Origin: an uncultured Acidobacteriaceae bacterium
GTDB lineage: Bacteria; Acidobacteriota; Terriglobia; Terriglobales; Acidobacteriaceae
Direction of reading: 5' to 3'
Assembly (NCBI GenBank): GCA_963834345.1
Contig: CAWIBQ010000003.1
Location: 39,875 to 103,874, forward strand
DNA: 64,000 bases
Shown: positions 20,476 through 29,465 of the stretch, one piece after another
Numbering within the stretch: position 1 is the stretch's first letter
How the letters are laid out: each line of letters begins with the position of its first letter
Notes under the pieces: generated by a model
Database searches by the model: none
What the model was told of the DNA's origin: nothing
The model's input: only the letters and a program-made list of their open reading frames with translations
Program-made: the position numbers and the translations under genes

Positions 20476-21726
20476 CTATTCTTCGAAGCGTAACTGGTCG
20501 TCGATCGTCTCGCGCCGGCGCGCCAGCTTCACGCGTTTTCCGTCCACCAGCACCTCTGCCGCGCGTCCGCGCGAGTTGTAATTCGAAGCGATCGACATCG
20601 CATATGCGCCCGCATCGAGCAGCGCGATCAGTGCTCCGGGATGTACATCGGGCATGGCCCGGTCACGCGCGAAGAAGTCGCCCGTCTCGCAGACCGGCCC
20701 CACTACATCCATGGTCACGCTCTGCTCACTCGCTTCGACTGGCCGCTCAACGGGCACAATCTCGTGATGCGCGCCATAAAGCGCGGGCCGGATAAGGTCA
20801 TTCATGCCGGCGTCGGTGATCAGAAACTCCTTCGTGCCGTTGCGCTTGCGATAGAGCACCCGCGCCACCAGCGCTCCTGCCTGTGCCACCAGAAATCGTC
20901 CCGGTTCAAGCAGCAGGCGCACGCGCAGCCCGTGCAGTCCAGCGGTCAGTGCCGCCGCATATTCCGCTACTTCCTGCGCGGCATCGAACTTCTCCGCACC
21001 CAGCGGTGCAGCGTAGTCAATGCCCAGGCCGCCGCCTGCATCGACCGAGCGGATGCGAATCCCATCCGACGCCAGCTCCTCTACCAGCGTGCGCACGCGC
21101 CTGAGCGCTGCGCCGAACGGAGACGCGCTGCGGATCTGCGAGCCGATGTGCACACTCACGCCTTCCGGCGACAGCCACTTGCTCTTTGCCGCGCGCCCGT
21201 AAACCTCCCGCGCACGGCTGATGTCGATGCCGAACTTATGCTCGCGCAGTCCGGTTGAAATATAGGGGTGCGTTTCGGCGAAGACATCCGGGTTTACCCG
21301 CAGCGCCACCCTCGCTTTTTTGCGTAGCTTCGCGGCCCGCTCCGTCAGCAGTTCCAGCTCCTGCTCGCTTTCCACATTGAACAGAAGGATGCCGGCACGA
21401 AGTGCAAGGTCCATCTCCTCTGCCGTCTTACCGACGCCGGAAAAGACGGTCCGCGCCACGGCACGCTTGTCAGCGCGGCGCACTCGCTCCAACTCCCCGC
21501 CCGACACAATGTCAAAGCCCGCACCTTCGCGCGCAATCATACGCAACAGCGACAGGTTCGCATTCGCCTTCACCGCATAGCAGATCAGGTGCTCCTGTCG
21601 CGAAAAGCACCTGCGGAAGAGCGCCAGCCGTTCGCGGATTTGGGAAGCGCTATAGCAGTAGAGCGGCGTTCCGTAGCGTGTCGCCAGCGACCGAAGAGAC
21701 ACCGAATCGCAGAGCAAGCTCGCCAT
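20476..21726 (-). CDS. lysA: Diaminopimelate decarboxylase
   Basis: 416 aa with YGTPLYCYS, ICYAVKANANLSLL (PLP Lys), HIGSQI, DAGGGLGI, EPGRFLVAQAG, CETGDFF. Confidence 0.95.
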   Translation of the reverse strand: MASLLCDSVSLRSLATRYGTPLYCYSASQIRERLALFRRCFSRQEHLICYAVKANANLSLLRMIAREGAGFDIVSGGELERVRRADKRAVARTVFSGVGKTAEEMDLALRAGILLFNVESEQELELLTERAAKLRKKARVALRVNPDVFAETHPYISTGLREHKFGIDISRAREVYGRAAKSKWLSPEGVSVHIGSQIRSASPFGAALRRVRTLVEELASDGIRIRSVDAGGGLGIDYAAPLGAEKFDAAQEVAEYAAALTAGLHGLRVRLLLEPGRFLVAQAGALVARVLYRKRNGTKEFLITDAGMNDLIRPALYGAHHEIVPVERPVEASEQSVTMDVVGPVCETGDFFARDRAMPDVHPGALIALLDAGAYAMSIASNYNSRGRAAEVLVDGKRVKLARRRETIDDQLRFEE

Positions 21727-21871
21727 CGCTGTTGTAACGGAAGGGTCGCGCCGCGACCCTTTCAGGCTTTCTGGGCAAAGGGGGCTTCCTCGTGTGGATC
21801 AGGATGCACTCATCTTTTCATAGATGAATGGTCATCGATGAATGGACCGCACGCGTGCCTGTGCTCGTATT

Positions 21872-22729
21872 TCAGTGCTCGGAGTTCTGATCGGCAAAGC
21901 GGCGCAGCAGTGCGCCCACCAGTCGCGGCTGTTCGTAGGGCGCGTAGTGGCCCATCTCCTGGAGTAGGTAAAACGTCGAGCCGGGAACAGCATTCGCCAG
22001 CTCCCGCATCTCCGTCGGCGTTGAGCCGCGGTCAAGCGACGCTGCAAGCACGGCAGTCGGCACACGAATGGTCGCCGCGGTCCGCAGTGAGTCCGGCCGC
22101 GCGGCCAGGGCGCGCTGCACTGCAATCGCCGACTCGTCGGACATGCGCTCCATCATCGCGCACAGCCGGTACACAATATCCGGATCGCGCTCCTTTGCCG
22201 GCGCGCCCACCAGTGTATCGAGCATGGCGTCGAAGAATGGCGCAGTGCCCTCTCGCTGGATTTTTTCAATGGTTGCTTCGCGTGTGCGCCGTGCCTCCGG
22301 CGTATCGACATGCGGCTTAGCACTGCAGATGGCAAGCGCGCGCATCCGGTCGGGTGCCTGTCTCCACAATTCATAGAGCAGATAGCCCCCGATGGAACAG
22401 CCGCAGAAGATGGCACTCTCAATGGAGAGAGCGTCGAGCAACCGCAGGACGGCGAGGCCCATCGTGTGGATGCTTACCGTTTCATCGCCCAGCGGGGATA
22501 GTCCATGCCCGGGAAGATCGGGCAAGAGCACACGGTACTCGGGCTCCAGCAGCGCCGCGGCCGGCCGCCAAAAGAAGTGATCGACCGGTGTGGGGTGCAG
22601 GAAGACCACCCATGGCCCGCGGCCGCGATCCTCATAGTGCAGGAGATCGCTCATCGCTGGAGGCTCAACTTTCTTTGCACGCGTCCGCCTGGAGTTGCTG
22701 TTGCGGCGCGAAGGCCGCCGCTCGGCCAA
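21872..22729 (-). CDS. Alpha/beta-fold hydrolase
   Basis: VVFLHPTPVD ... nucleophile elbow CGCSIGG ... C-terminal GHYAPYEQP. The start may be Met at 22654 (MSDLLHYEDRG), because the first 25 residues are an Arg-rich stretch. Confidence 0.8.
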   Translation of the reverse strand: MAERRPSRRNSNSRRTRAKKVEPPAMSDLLHYEDRGRGPWVVFLHPTPVDHFFWRPAAALLEPEYRVLLPDLPGHGLSPLGDETVSIHTMGLAVLRLLDALSIESAIFCGCSIGGYLLYELWRQAPDRMRALAICSAKPHVDTPEARRTREATIEKIQREGTAPFFDAMLDTLVGAPAKERDPDIVYRLCAMMERMSDESAIAVQRALAARPDSLRTAATIRVPTAVLAASLDRGSTPTEMRELANAVPGSTFYLLQEMGHYAPYEQPRLVGALLRRFADQNSEH

Positions 22730-22771
22730 TCGGGCCGCTTTCCGTCGCGGCCATATGGGTCGAATCTGCCT

Positions 22772-23128
22772 TTACGCTTGCGGGTTGGCCGGTGGAGGAT
22801 AGCTCGCAGCAGTCGGCAACATCAACGGCTCCTCCGGCACTGCCACCCACAGAACGATGTAAAGAATCAGGCCCACACCACTGAAGCATGCCAGCAGGAC
22901 GAAGACCACACGCACCAGTGTCGTGTCCCATCCGTAGGTGACGGCGACTCCCTGGCAAACGCCGGCAATCACGCGTCCCATGCGCGGCCGCACCAGTCGC
23001 CGCTGGGAAGCAGAAGGCGGCACGGCCTGCGTGCCCTGAAACGCGCCGCCCACAGCATGCCCGCAGTTCGGACAGTGCCGCGCATCCGTCGCTATCTGTT
23101 TGCCACAATTGCTGCAGTAAAACGCCAT
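22772..23128 (-). CDS. Zinc-ribbon + PspC-domain membrane protein
   Basis: MAFYCSNCGKQIATDARHCPNCGH (CxxC...CxxC), then PspC-like RPRMGRVIAGVCQGVAVTYGWDTTLVRVVFVLLACFSGVGLILYIVLWVAVP. Confidence 0.8.
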   Translation of the reverse strand: MAFYCSNCGKQIATDARHCPNCGHAVGGAFQGTQAVPPSASQRRLVRPRMGRVIAGVCQGVAVTYGWDTTLVRVVFVLLACFSGVGLILYIVLWVAVPEEPLMLPTAASYPPPANPQA

Positions 23129-23247
23129 CTGCCTCTCTCCTGCATAACAGTGATCGAGTTCTACCGGATATGACGCAACAGCGCAGCTCGAAGTTCCCTG
23201 AGCTGCAGCGGTTCCCAGAACTGCCGCGCCGGAACATAGCTGCGGAT

Positions 23248-24507
23248 TCAGCCCTTGTACGGCTCCTTCAGATAGCGGCGCGCATCTGATGCCTGTTCAC
23301 TGTCTCCCAGCGCCAATACATCACGATACGCCGCTTCAGCCTGTTCACGCTTGCCTAATAAGTCATACTCCATGCCTGCGCCAAGCTGCGCGCGCCGTTT
23401 CAGGTCCGGGCTCAGGGTTGGCTGCGCCAGCACCTGCTCGAAGGCAGCCGCAGAGCCCGCCGCGTCTTTTTGCCCATGCAGGGTATCGGCCAGCCCATAC
23501 CATGCCAGCTGCAGATGCGCATTGGTGAAGTAGCCCGGATGCCTTGAGCGGTCGAGCAGCTCGCGATAGAGCGCGAGCGCTTGCTGCGCCCTGCCTGCGT
23601 CCTTCTGCAGATTGGCTGCTTCGAGCCAGAACAGAAAATTGTGCGGGTACTGCTGCTTCAATGAATCATTCCACTTCGCAGCCTCGTCGTACTTGGCCTC
23701 CCGGCGCAGGAAGAGGGCCAGCGCCGTCCGCGCCTCTACCGACGTCGTCACGCCATGCTCGCCGTCATCGCGCAGCAGGGCCAGTCCCTTTTCCTTGTTG
23801 CCATGAATGCCTGCCAGCCCGACCACCAGTTTGAGCGCCCGCGGCAGCGAGCCCACGACGTACTGGTGCACCCCGACCACCAGCTCGGCATCCACGTAGT
23901 CCGGATCGAGCTCAAGCACCTTGTCGTTGTCGTCACGCGCCTGCAGCGCCAGCCGCAGCGCTGAGATGAACGACCGCTGCACCAGACCCATGTAGGTGGC
24001 CCGCAGGCTCTTCGCCCAGCCGCGTGCGTACAACGCATCCACGTCCTTGGGGTTCTTCTGCAACCGCGCCTCAGCCAGACGAATGGCGTTGTCGGAGAGC
24101 TCATCGATGTGTTCGGTGAAGGCCTTGTCCTCCACCACCTGATGTTTCCCGGTCAGAAAACCGTCATGCGCATACTGCGTCGTATCCAGCAGGTCGAGGT
24201 TGTAGAGCTGGTGGAACAGGACTGTCTCAAGCACGTAGTCCGCCGCCATCGGATCATCCGGATGCGCCTGCTGGATCTTCTCAAAGCCGCGTAGCGCGCC
24301 GTCGTAATCCAGCGTGTAGAAGCGCTCGTAGGCTGCGCGCACGTCCGGCTCCCGGTTCAGCGGGTTGGTGTGGATCACCCGCTCCTCGGCGCGCACTGCG
24401 AGTGGCCAGAGCAGCGCAAAGACAACGCCCGCCACGCGAACCGCCCAGCGTGTCGCTCTCGGTCCGCGCCGTTTCTCGCCGCCCCGTCTCTCGGGATCCT
24501 TCCTCAT
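23248..24507 (-). CDS. TPR-repeat protein with N-terminal signal/anchor
   Basis: ORF 23248-24663 trimmed to Met 24507 (MRKDPERRGGEKRR...VVFALLWPLAVRA). TPR-like repeats toward the C-terminus (ALALYRELLDRSRHPGY..., AAAFEQVLAQP..., AEAAYRDVLALGD). Confidence 0.7.
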   Translation of the reverse strand: MRKDPERRGGEKRRGPRATRWAVRVAGVVFALLWPLAVRAEERVIHTNPLNREPDVRAAYERFYTLDYDGALRGFEKIQQAHPDDPMAADYVLETVLFHQLYNLDLLDTTQYAHDGFLTGKHQVVEDKAFTEHIDELSDNAIRLAEARLQKNPKDVDALYARGWAKSLRATYMGLVQRSFISALRLALQARDDNDKVLELDPDYVDAELVVGVHQYVVGSLPRALKLVVGLAGIHGNKEKGLALLRDDGEHGVTTSVEARTALALFLRREAKYDEAAKWNDSLKQQYPHNFLFWLEAANLQKDAGRAQQALALYRELLDRSRHPGYFTNAHLQLAWYGLADTLHGQKDAAGSAAAFEQVLAQPTLSPDLKRRAQLGAGMEYDLLGKREQAEAAYRDVLALGDSEQASDARRYLKEPYKG

Positions 24508-24777
24508 CCTGACGTGCTCTTCCTGGATCCCCGCCGTACAGGATCCGTCCTCAAATTCAGTCTCAGGAATAGGGCCCATCAGCCCGGCAGCGCGGCTGTC
24601 CATCCAAGCTACGCGCTCATTGTCGACCGGGCGAATGACGTTGTGAGCACTCTCCCTATGCAAAGACGGAAAATATTGGCTATCGGACGCCGCACGTTTT
24701 ATTTATGCTTGCAGGAAATTTCGCCAGCTTCTTCAATCGCCCACGCCCAACCCGCACTCCACCCCCAGGGGGACGGA

Positions 24778-25308
24778 ATGACCAGGCAAGAGGTTATTCG
24801 CCATATCGTTTTGCAGGCGCGATCCAACGGATTCGATTTCCGTTCCTGGTATCGAGCCTATGCTGCCCCCGAATGGCTCGGCTTCGATGAGGCCATCGAT
24901 CAGCTCTGCCAGGGTCGGAACTGCTATTCCCTGCTCTTCTCTCACGAGTTTGCCAAGACCTTCTGGAAGGCCGGACTGCAGATGAGCTTCATGGTGCCTG
25001 CCGTCAGCTATCCCCAGCGCAGAAAGGACGGCCAGATCGTCACCGTCCACCGGCGCGCCTTCGCCCGGCGCATGCTCAAGGCCGACTCCTGGCTCTATCA
25101 TCTGCGCGAGATGGTGGAAGCACCCCATCCCCTCAAATACATCCGCCGCTTCGTCGTGCTTCAGGAGGACATCGTCGCCGCCCAGCAGGCACGCGCCGAC
25201 GCCGCCGCGGACCTCCCTGTCACGGATACCACGCACACCGGCAGCTCCCGGGTCCCGGACTCCCGGATTCATGAGGCCATCGCCCGCGGGCCGGCACGGC
25301 CCAACTGA
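24778..25308 (+). CDS. Hypothetical protein
   Basis: ORF 24370-25308; the upstream part is antisense to the TPR gene, so it is trimmed to ATG 24778 (MTRQEVIRHIVLQARSNGFDF...). No recognisable motif. Confidence 0.5.
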   Translation: MTRQEVIRHIVLQARSNGFDFRSWYRAYAAPEWLGFDEAIDQLCQGRNCYSLLFSHEFAKTFWKAGLQMSFMVPAVSYPQRRKDGQIVTVHRRAFARRMLKADSWLYHLREMVEAPHPLKYIRRFVVLQEDIVAAQQARADAAADLPVTDTTHTGSSRVPDSRIHEAIARGPARPN

Positions 25309-25320
25309 GAACAGCGCCAG

Positions 25321-26172
25321 CTAGTCCAGGTTTTGTCGAAGCGGGTCAAATCGAAAGAGGTGGTGCAGCGGACCGTGTCCCTGTCCCAGCGGGTAGGCGG
25401 CTCGGAGGGCCCCGGCGACATAACTCTTTGCCGCCTCCACAGCCTCGACACCAGACCGTCCCAGTACCAGCTCCGCCAGCAGCGCGCTTGAAAAGGCGCA
25501 TCCAGTCCCGTGCGTAGATCGCGTCTCGACCCGCTCGCCCTGCAGCCAGTGCCCTTTGCCTGCCAGCAGCACGTACTCGTCCGGGCGGCCGAGATGCCCA
25601 CCTGTCACCACGATCGCGATGCCGGGGTTTCCGATGCTGTCCGCCTGCCGTGCCAGCCGCTCCGCAGCCGCAGGCACCTGCTCACGCGTCCGGACCTCGA
25701 CACCGGTCAACAACTCCAGCTCATCCAGATTGGGTGTCACCCACCCCACCACGCCCAGCAGCCGCTCGCGCAGCTGCGACGTACCCTCGGCATCCAGGAG
25801 GGGCGCGCCAGAGCTCGACCGCGACACTGGATCCAGCACCACGCGTTGCCTCAGTTCGGGTCGCTTCCGAAGAAAGTGCTCCGCCTCCGATACCAGTCCG
25901 GCACTGGCCAGCATCCCCAGCTTCACCCCGGCCAGCGGGATATCCGCCGCCAGGTGCTCCAGCGTCTCGCGAAAGAGTGACGGGCGGACCGCTTCGATGC
26001 CCCGCACGCCCTGGGTGGACTGAACGGTCAGAGCGGTAATCGCGGCCACCCCGTAGATCCCGTACGCCGCGAAGGTCTTCAGATCGGCGGTGACACCCGC
26101 GCCGGAGGATGGATCGAATCCCGCGATGGTGAGACACACCGGAGGGGTCTGCGCGACACTCTCCGATGCCAT
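25321..26172 (-). CDS. thiD: Hydroxymethylpyrimidine/phosphomethylpyrimidine kinase
   Basis: CLTIAGFDPSSGAGVTADLKTFAAYGIYG, VKLGMLAS, VTGGHL, THGTGCAFSSALLAEL. Trimmed to Met 26172. Confidence 0.9.
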   Translation of the reverse strand: MASESVAQTPPVCLTIAGFDPSSGAGVTADLKTFAAYGIYGVAAITALTVQSTQGVRGIEAVRPSLFRETLEHLAADIPLAGVKLGMLASAGLVSEAEHFLRKRPELRQRVVLDPVSRSSSGAPLLDAEGTSQLRERLLGVVGWVTPNLDELELLTGVEVRTREQVPAAAERLARQADSIGNPGIAIVVTGGHLGRPDEYVLLAGKGHWLQGERVETRSTHGTGCAFSSALLAELVLGRSGVEAVEAAKSYVAGALRAAYPLGQGHGPLHHLFRFDPLRQNLD

Positions 26173-26405
26173 GTTCCGTGCATTGCCCAGACGCGGTTCC
26201 ATAGGCCCTATTGTGCGCCGAATTCGCTTCGCAAGAGTTCGCGCAAATCCCAACAGCGAATCGTCTATGCGGTTGCACGATCTATGCGAATTTCATAACC
26301 GAAGTAACACAATTCCCACGAGATTGCAACCATTTAAGGGCAAATAAATGGCTTAAATTGTTTGCTTTGGAGGTGCGCCCCTCCGTAAAATGTAAACAGT
26401 CGATT

Positions 26406-26912
26406 ATGAATACAGCCTTCACCAATACGAATCGCTCTCTACGATTTCCTATCGTTGCAGCGGCGCTCATAGCGACTGCATTCTTTCTCACGAGCGCTCG
26501 CACGGAGACTTCTGTCCATGCACAGCAGAGTGCAGGGCCGAACGCTCAGGCGCAGACGGTCCATCGTCAGCACTGGTTCCAGTTCGGGCGCGCCTCCTGG
26601 TATGGCCATGCGCTGCAGGGCCTGCCGACCGCAACTGGCGAAGCATATGACATGAACGCAATGACGTGTGCTCATCGCACGCTGCCGCTCGGCTCGTTGG
26701 TACGCGTCACCAACCTGCGCAACCATCGCTCCCTGGTGCTTCGTGTGAACGACCGCGGCCCGATGATCGAAACGCGGGTAGTGGACCTCTCCTACGCCGC
26801 GGCCAAGCGACTCGGCTTCAGCCATCTTGGTACGGTCCGCGTAAGGATTGATCTGGTCGACGCAAAGCCTTCGCCTACCGAAGTCGCCATGCTGACCAAG
26901 CCGGGAATGTAA
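26406..26912 (+). CDS. rlpA: RlpA-like septal-ring lytic transglycosylase (double-psi beta-barrel)
   Basis: Signal peptide, then GRASWYGHALQGLPTATGEAYDMNAMTCAHRTLPLGSLVRVTNLRNHRSLVLRVNDRGP. Trimmed to ATG 26406. Confidence 0.85.
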   Translation: MNTAFTNTNRSLRFPIVAAALIATAFFLTSARTETSVHAQQSAGPNAQAQTVHRQHWFQFGRASWYGHALQGLPTATGEAYDMNAMTCAHRTLPLGSLVRVTNLRNHRSLVLRVNDRGPMIETRVVDLSYAAAKRLGFSHLGTVRVRIDLVDAKPSPTEVAMLTKPGM

Positions 26913-27001
26913 TCGGCGTCGGTCTCCGCCTCGCCACAGACGCACCACACTCGACATCGAAAGCAGTTTCTGCACAGTGTCGGCGCCGGTAAGATAACGG
27001 T

Positions 27002-27745
27002 ATGGTAACCACCTTGCCGTCGGCTTCCCCTGCGCAGACTGCCAGTGGACGTCTCGCTGTCGCGCTCGACTTCCCTGACGCAACCGCTGCCCTGGCATGC
27101 GCCGATCAGCTGGCCGGCTCGGTGTCATGGTTCAAAGTGGGACTGGAGCTTTACCTCTCGGCTGGCGACAGCATCGTTCGCGAACTCAAGCGCCGCGGCC
27201 ACTCGGTCTTTCTCGATCTCAAGCTGCATGACATTCCGAATACCGCCGCGGCCGCCATTCGCTCGCTGGCACGCCTGGAGCCGGATATGCTCACGATTCA
27301 TGCGGCTGGCGGCCGTGCCATGCTCAACGCCGTGGCCGAGGCTGCGCGATCGCTGCCACATCCGCCGCGCCTGCTCGCCGTCACTGTGCTCACCAGCATG
27401 GATGCCACAGCTCTTGCAGAAACCGGCGTCCCCGGTTCTCCTGTGGAACAGGTTCTGCGCCTCGCGCGCCTCGCCGCGGAGTGCGGCATCGATGGCATGG
27501 TCTGCTCTGCGGCAGAGGCCGCTGCCCTGCGCAGTGCGCTGCCCAAGGCCTTCCTGGTCACGCCGGGCATTCGTCCTGCAGGCGCGGACGCGGGAGATCA
27601 GAAGCGCATCGCCACACCACAGTTCGCCCTCGCCGCCGGCGCCAGCATGCTGGTGATCGGCCGGCCCATCACTGCGGCAGCGGATCCAAAGGCTGCTGCG
27701 CAGACCATCCTCAGCGATATGGCCAAGAGCAACCCCACCAAATAG
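27002..27745 (+). CDS. pyrF: Orotidine-5'-phosphate decarboxylase
   Basis: [45 protein letters not shown] motifs. Confidence 0.9.
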   Translation: MVTTLPSASPAQTASGRLAVALDFPDATAALACADQLAGSVSWFKVGLELYLSAGDSIVRELKRRGHSVFLDLKLHDIPNTAAAAIRSLARLEPDMLTIHAAGGRAMLNAVAEAARSLPHPPRLLAVTVLTSMDATALAETGVPGSPVEQVLRLARLAAECGIDGMVCSAAEAAALRSALPKAFLVTPGIRPAGADAGDQKRIATPQFALAAGASMLVIGRPITAAADPKAAAQTILSDMAKSNPTK

Positions 27746-27761
27746 AGCAACCCCACCAAAT
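27726..27761 (+). repeat. Perfect 18-bp tandem duplication spanning the pyrF stop codon
   Basis: AGAGCAACCCCACCAAAT occurs twice back-to-back (27726-27743, 27744-27761). It encodes ...SNPTK-TAG then SNPTK-TGA in the same frame. Confidence 0.95.
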
Positions 27762-27765
27762 GATG

Positions 27766-27792
27766 AAAGCCCGGCCTCATCGGCCAGGCTTA
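27766..27792. terminator. Hairpin between convergent pyrF and the small zinc-ribbon gene (possible bidirectional terminator)
   Basis: AAGCCCGGCC-tcatc-GGCCAGGCTT, a 10-bp stem with one mismatch. Flanking T/A-rich runs are weak. Confidence 0.45.
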
Positions 27793-27817
27793 TGGGTTTG
27801 TGGTGAGATGTAAGGCT

Positions 27818-27997
27818 TTAGAGCTTCTCGTAGAAATCGCATGCCGAGCAGGAGATGTAGACTCCGCCGGGAACACCGCGCTCACGGTCCTTGACGCGCT
27901 TCACAATGCGCGTGGGCTTGTTGCACTTGGGACAGTCCGTGCTCTTGGACGTGTCCATTACTTTCTGGCGATCTGCGGTCTTTGCAACCTTTGCCAT
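27818..27997 (-). CDS. 59-aa zinc-ribbon protein (not in ORF track, below the 60-aa cutoff)
   Basis: Hand translation: MAKVAKTADRQKVMDTSKSTDCPKCNKPTRIVKRVKDRERGVPGGVYISCSACDFYEKL. GGAGAG lies 5 nt upstream of the ATG. CPKC...CSAC pair; hairpin downstream. Confidence 0.6.
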   Translation of the reverse strand: MAKVAKTADRQKVMDTSKSTDCPKCNKPTRIVKRVKDRERGVPGGVYISCSACDFYEKL

Positions 27998-28164
27998 GAC
28001 TCTCCGTTAACTCCTCAGAAGCTTATTCCGGCACGCAAAATTCAGGCCGCAGCAATGCAGCCTAGGTGGCCCTTTGACCTGCAACTCTTCTCATCGATGA
28101 AGGCTTGGAGTGAGGCAGAAGGCGGCGTACCGCTCCTCTAAGTGTACACGAGGACGGCCGCCGG

Positions 28165-29343
28165 TCAGCTCTGACGGCCGGCCCACGGAGTCGCAGTTCC
28201 TGAGTTTCCAGCTGTTGACCAATGGCCGTTTTGTCCCGGCGCCGACGAGGGTGGCGCCGGTATCGGCTGCGGTTTCGTATCAGGCTGGCCAGGCATCTGG
28301 ACCGGCTGCGAAGCGCCCGGCAACTGCTCCTCGCCCGGCAGCCGAAGCGACGGCGCCTTCCGCTTTCCGCTGTCTCCGTCGGCCGTCGATGCAGCGTCGC
28401 CCATCTTCACTTCATGGCTAGTGCCGCTGCCCGTATACCCTCCGGTCTCATCCTGATTGCGGACCACCAGATCCTGACCGACAGCAGCGACCTCAACTCG
28501 CACTACTCGGTTGCCGGAGAAGCGGACAAACTGCGTTGGCTGTGGCGCCTCGCCATAGATCCATTCTTCGAATGGAACGCCATTCTCTTCCTCGCGCGTC
28601 TTGTCGTGCGGCTGACCGAGCGCGTAGATCACCATCTTCCGATCCATCCCCACCAGCACGTGATGGTTCAGGATGGCCTCCTTCAGCTGGGGAGGCAGTG
28701 TGTCGACGTAGGCTTCGAGCGGCGTCTTCACGTTGAAGTCCATCACCGGCTGAATCAGTGCGCGCACTTGATCCGCAGTCATCTCCGGGACATATTTGTC
28801 AAAGACCAGCGTAAGGCGGGACCCCACCGGCTCCTGCCCATCGTCCTGCACAATCGGCGAGGAACCCATCCCTCCGCCAATTTCGATGTGCCGCAAATAT
28901 TTGTGCTTTTTGTCCGGGCCACCATTGAACAAAAAGACGATCTTGTCCGACTCGATCTTGATGTCGGAGATGATCAACCGGTCGCCCGCCTTCGAGCTGA
29001 TGCCGTGCTTCTGGAGAGACTGCTCGTAGTCCAGGCCACTTGGTTTCAGCTCACCGTTCGCGTGAAGCTCGACGGTACCCAGCGGCAATGGACGCCGGGC
29101 GAAGCCCTGCTCTGCGGTGAATGCCATGATGATTTCGCGGTGCCCGCGCGTCGTCAGCTTATGCTGATCGAGTTTTACCTGCGTGGGCTGAAATGGAGGG
29201 AGGTTCTGCTGATGCTCGCTCTCGACGATGAAGACTTGGGTCTGCTGCGCAAAGGCGGTGGGAGCCCCAATCACAAGCCCCATGGCAGACACTGCCAGCG
29301 CGAGCGGCTGGCCAGCCTTCCGCATCCTGTGCCGGGTGCCCAT
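28165..29343 (-). CDS. Secreted hypothetical protein with BamE/SmpA_OmlA-like segment and Pro-rich tail
   Basis: ORF 28165-29427 trimmed to MGTRHRMRKAGQPLALAVSAMGLVIGAPTAFAQ. Segment VGMDRKMVIYALGQPHDKTREEENGVPFEEWIYG...VRFSGNRVVRVE resembles the BamE fold signature. C-terminus is P/Q/G-rich. Confidence 0.6.
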   Translation of the reverse strand: MGTRHRMRKAGQPLALAVSAMGLVIGAPTAFAQQTQVFIVESEHQQNLPPFQPTQVKLDQHKLTTRGHREIIMAFTAEQGFARRPLPLGTVELHANGELKPSGLDYEQSLQKHGISSKAGDRLIISDIKIESDKIVFLFNGGPDKKHKYLRHIEIGGGMGSSPIVQDDGQEPVGSRLTLVFDKYVPEMTADQVRALIQPVMDFNVKTPLEAYVDTLPPQLKEAILNHHVLVGMDRKMVIYALGQPHDKTREEENGVPFEEWIYGEAPQPTQFVRFSGNRVVRVEVAAVGQDLVVRNQDETGGYTGSGTSHEVKMGDAASTADGDSGKRKAPSLRLPGEEQLPGASQPVQMPGQPDTKPQPIPAPPSSAPGQNGHWSTAGNSGTATPWAGRQS

Positions 29344-29465
29344 AGAAAAGCCCTCTATGGGGGCATGATGCTCTCCTGCGGGTACCCCTGACAAGGAGAG
29401 AGTGATGGGCGCTCTCCGCGGGATCAAAACCTACAGGAACCCGGGTCCAGGCTACAAGGTTCAGC

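Noticed and set aside
26173-26405. Possible TPP riboswitch upstream of thiD
   Set aside because: I read the minus-strand leader and found none of the conserved THI-box elements (no CUGAGA / ACCUGAUCUGGAUAAUGCCAGCG-like core).
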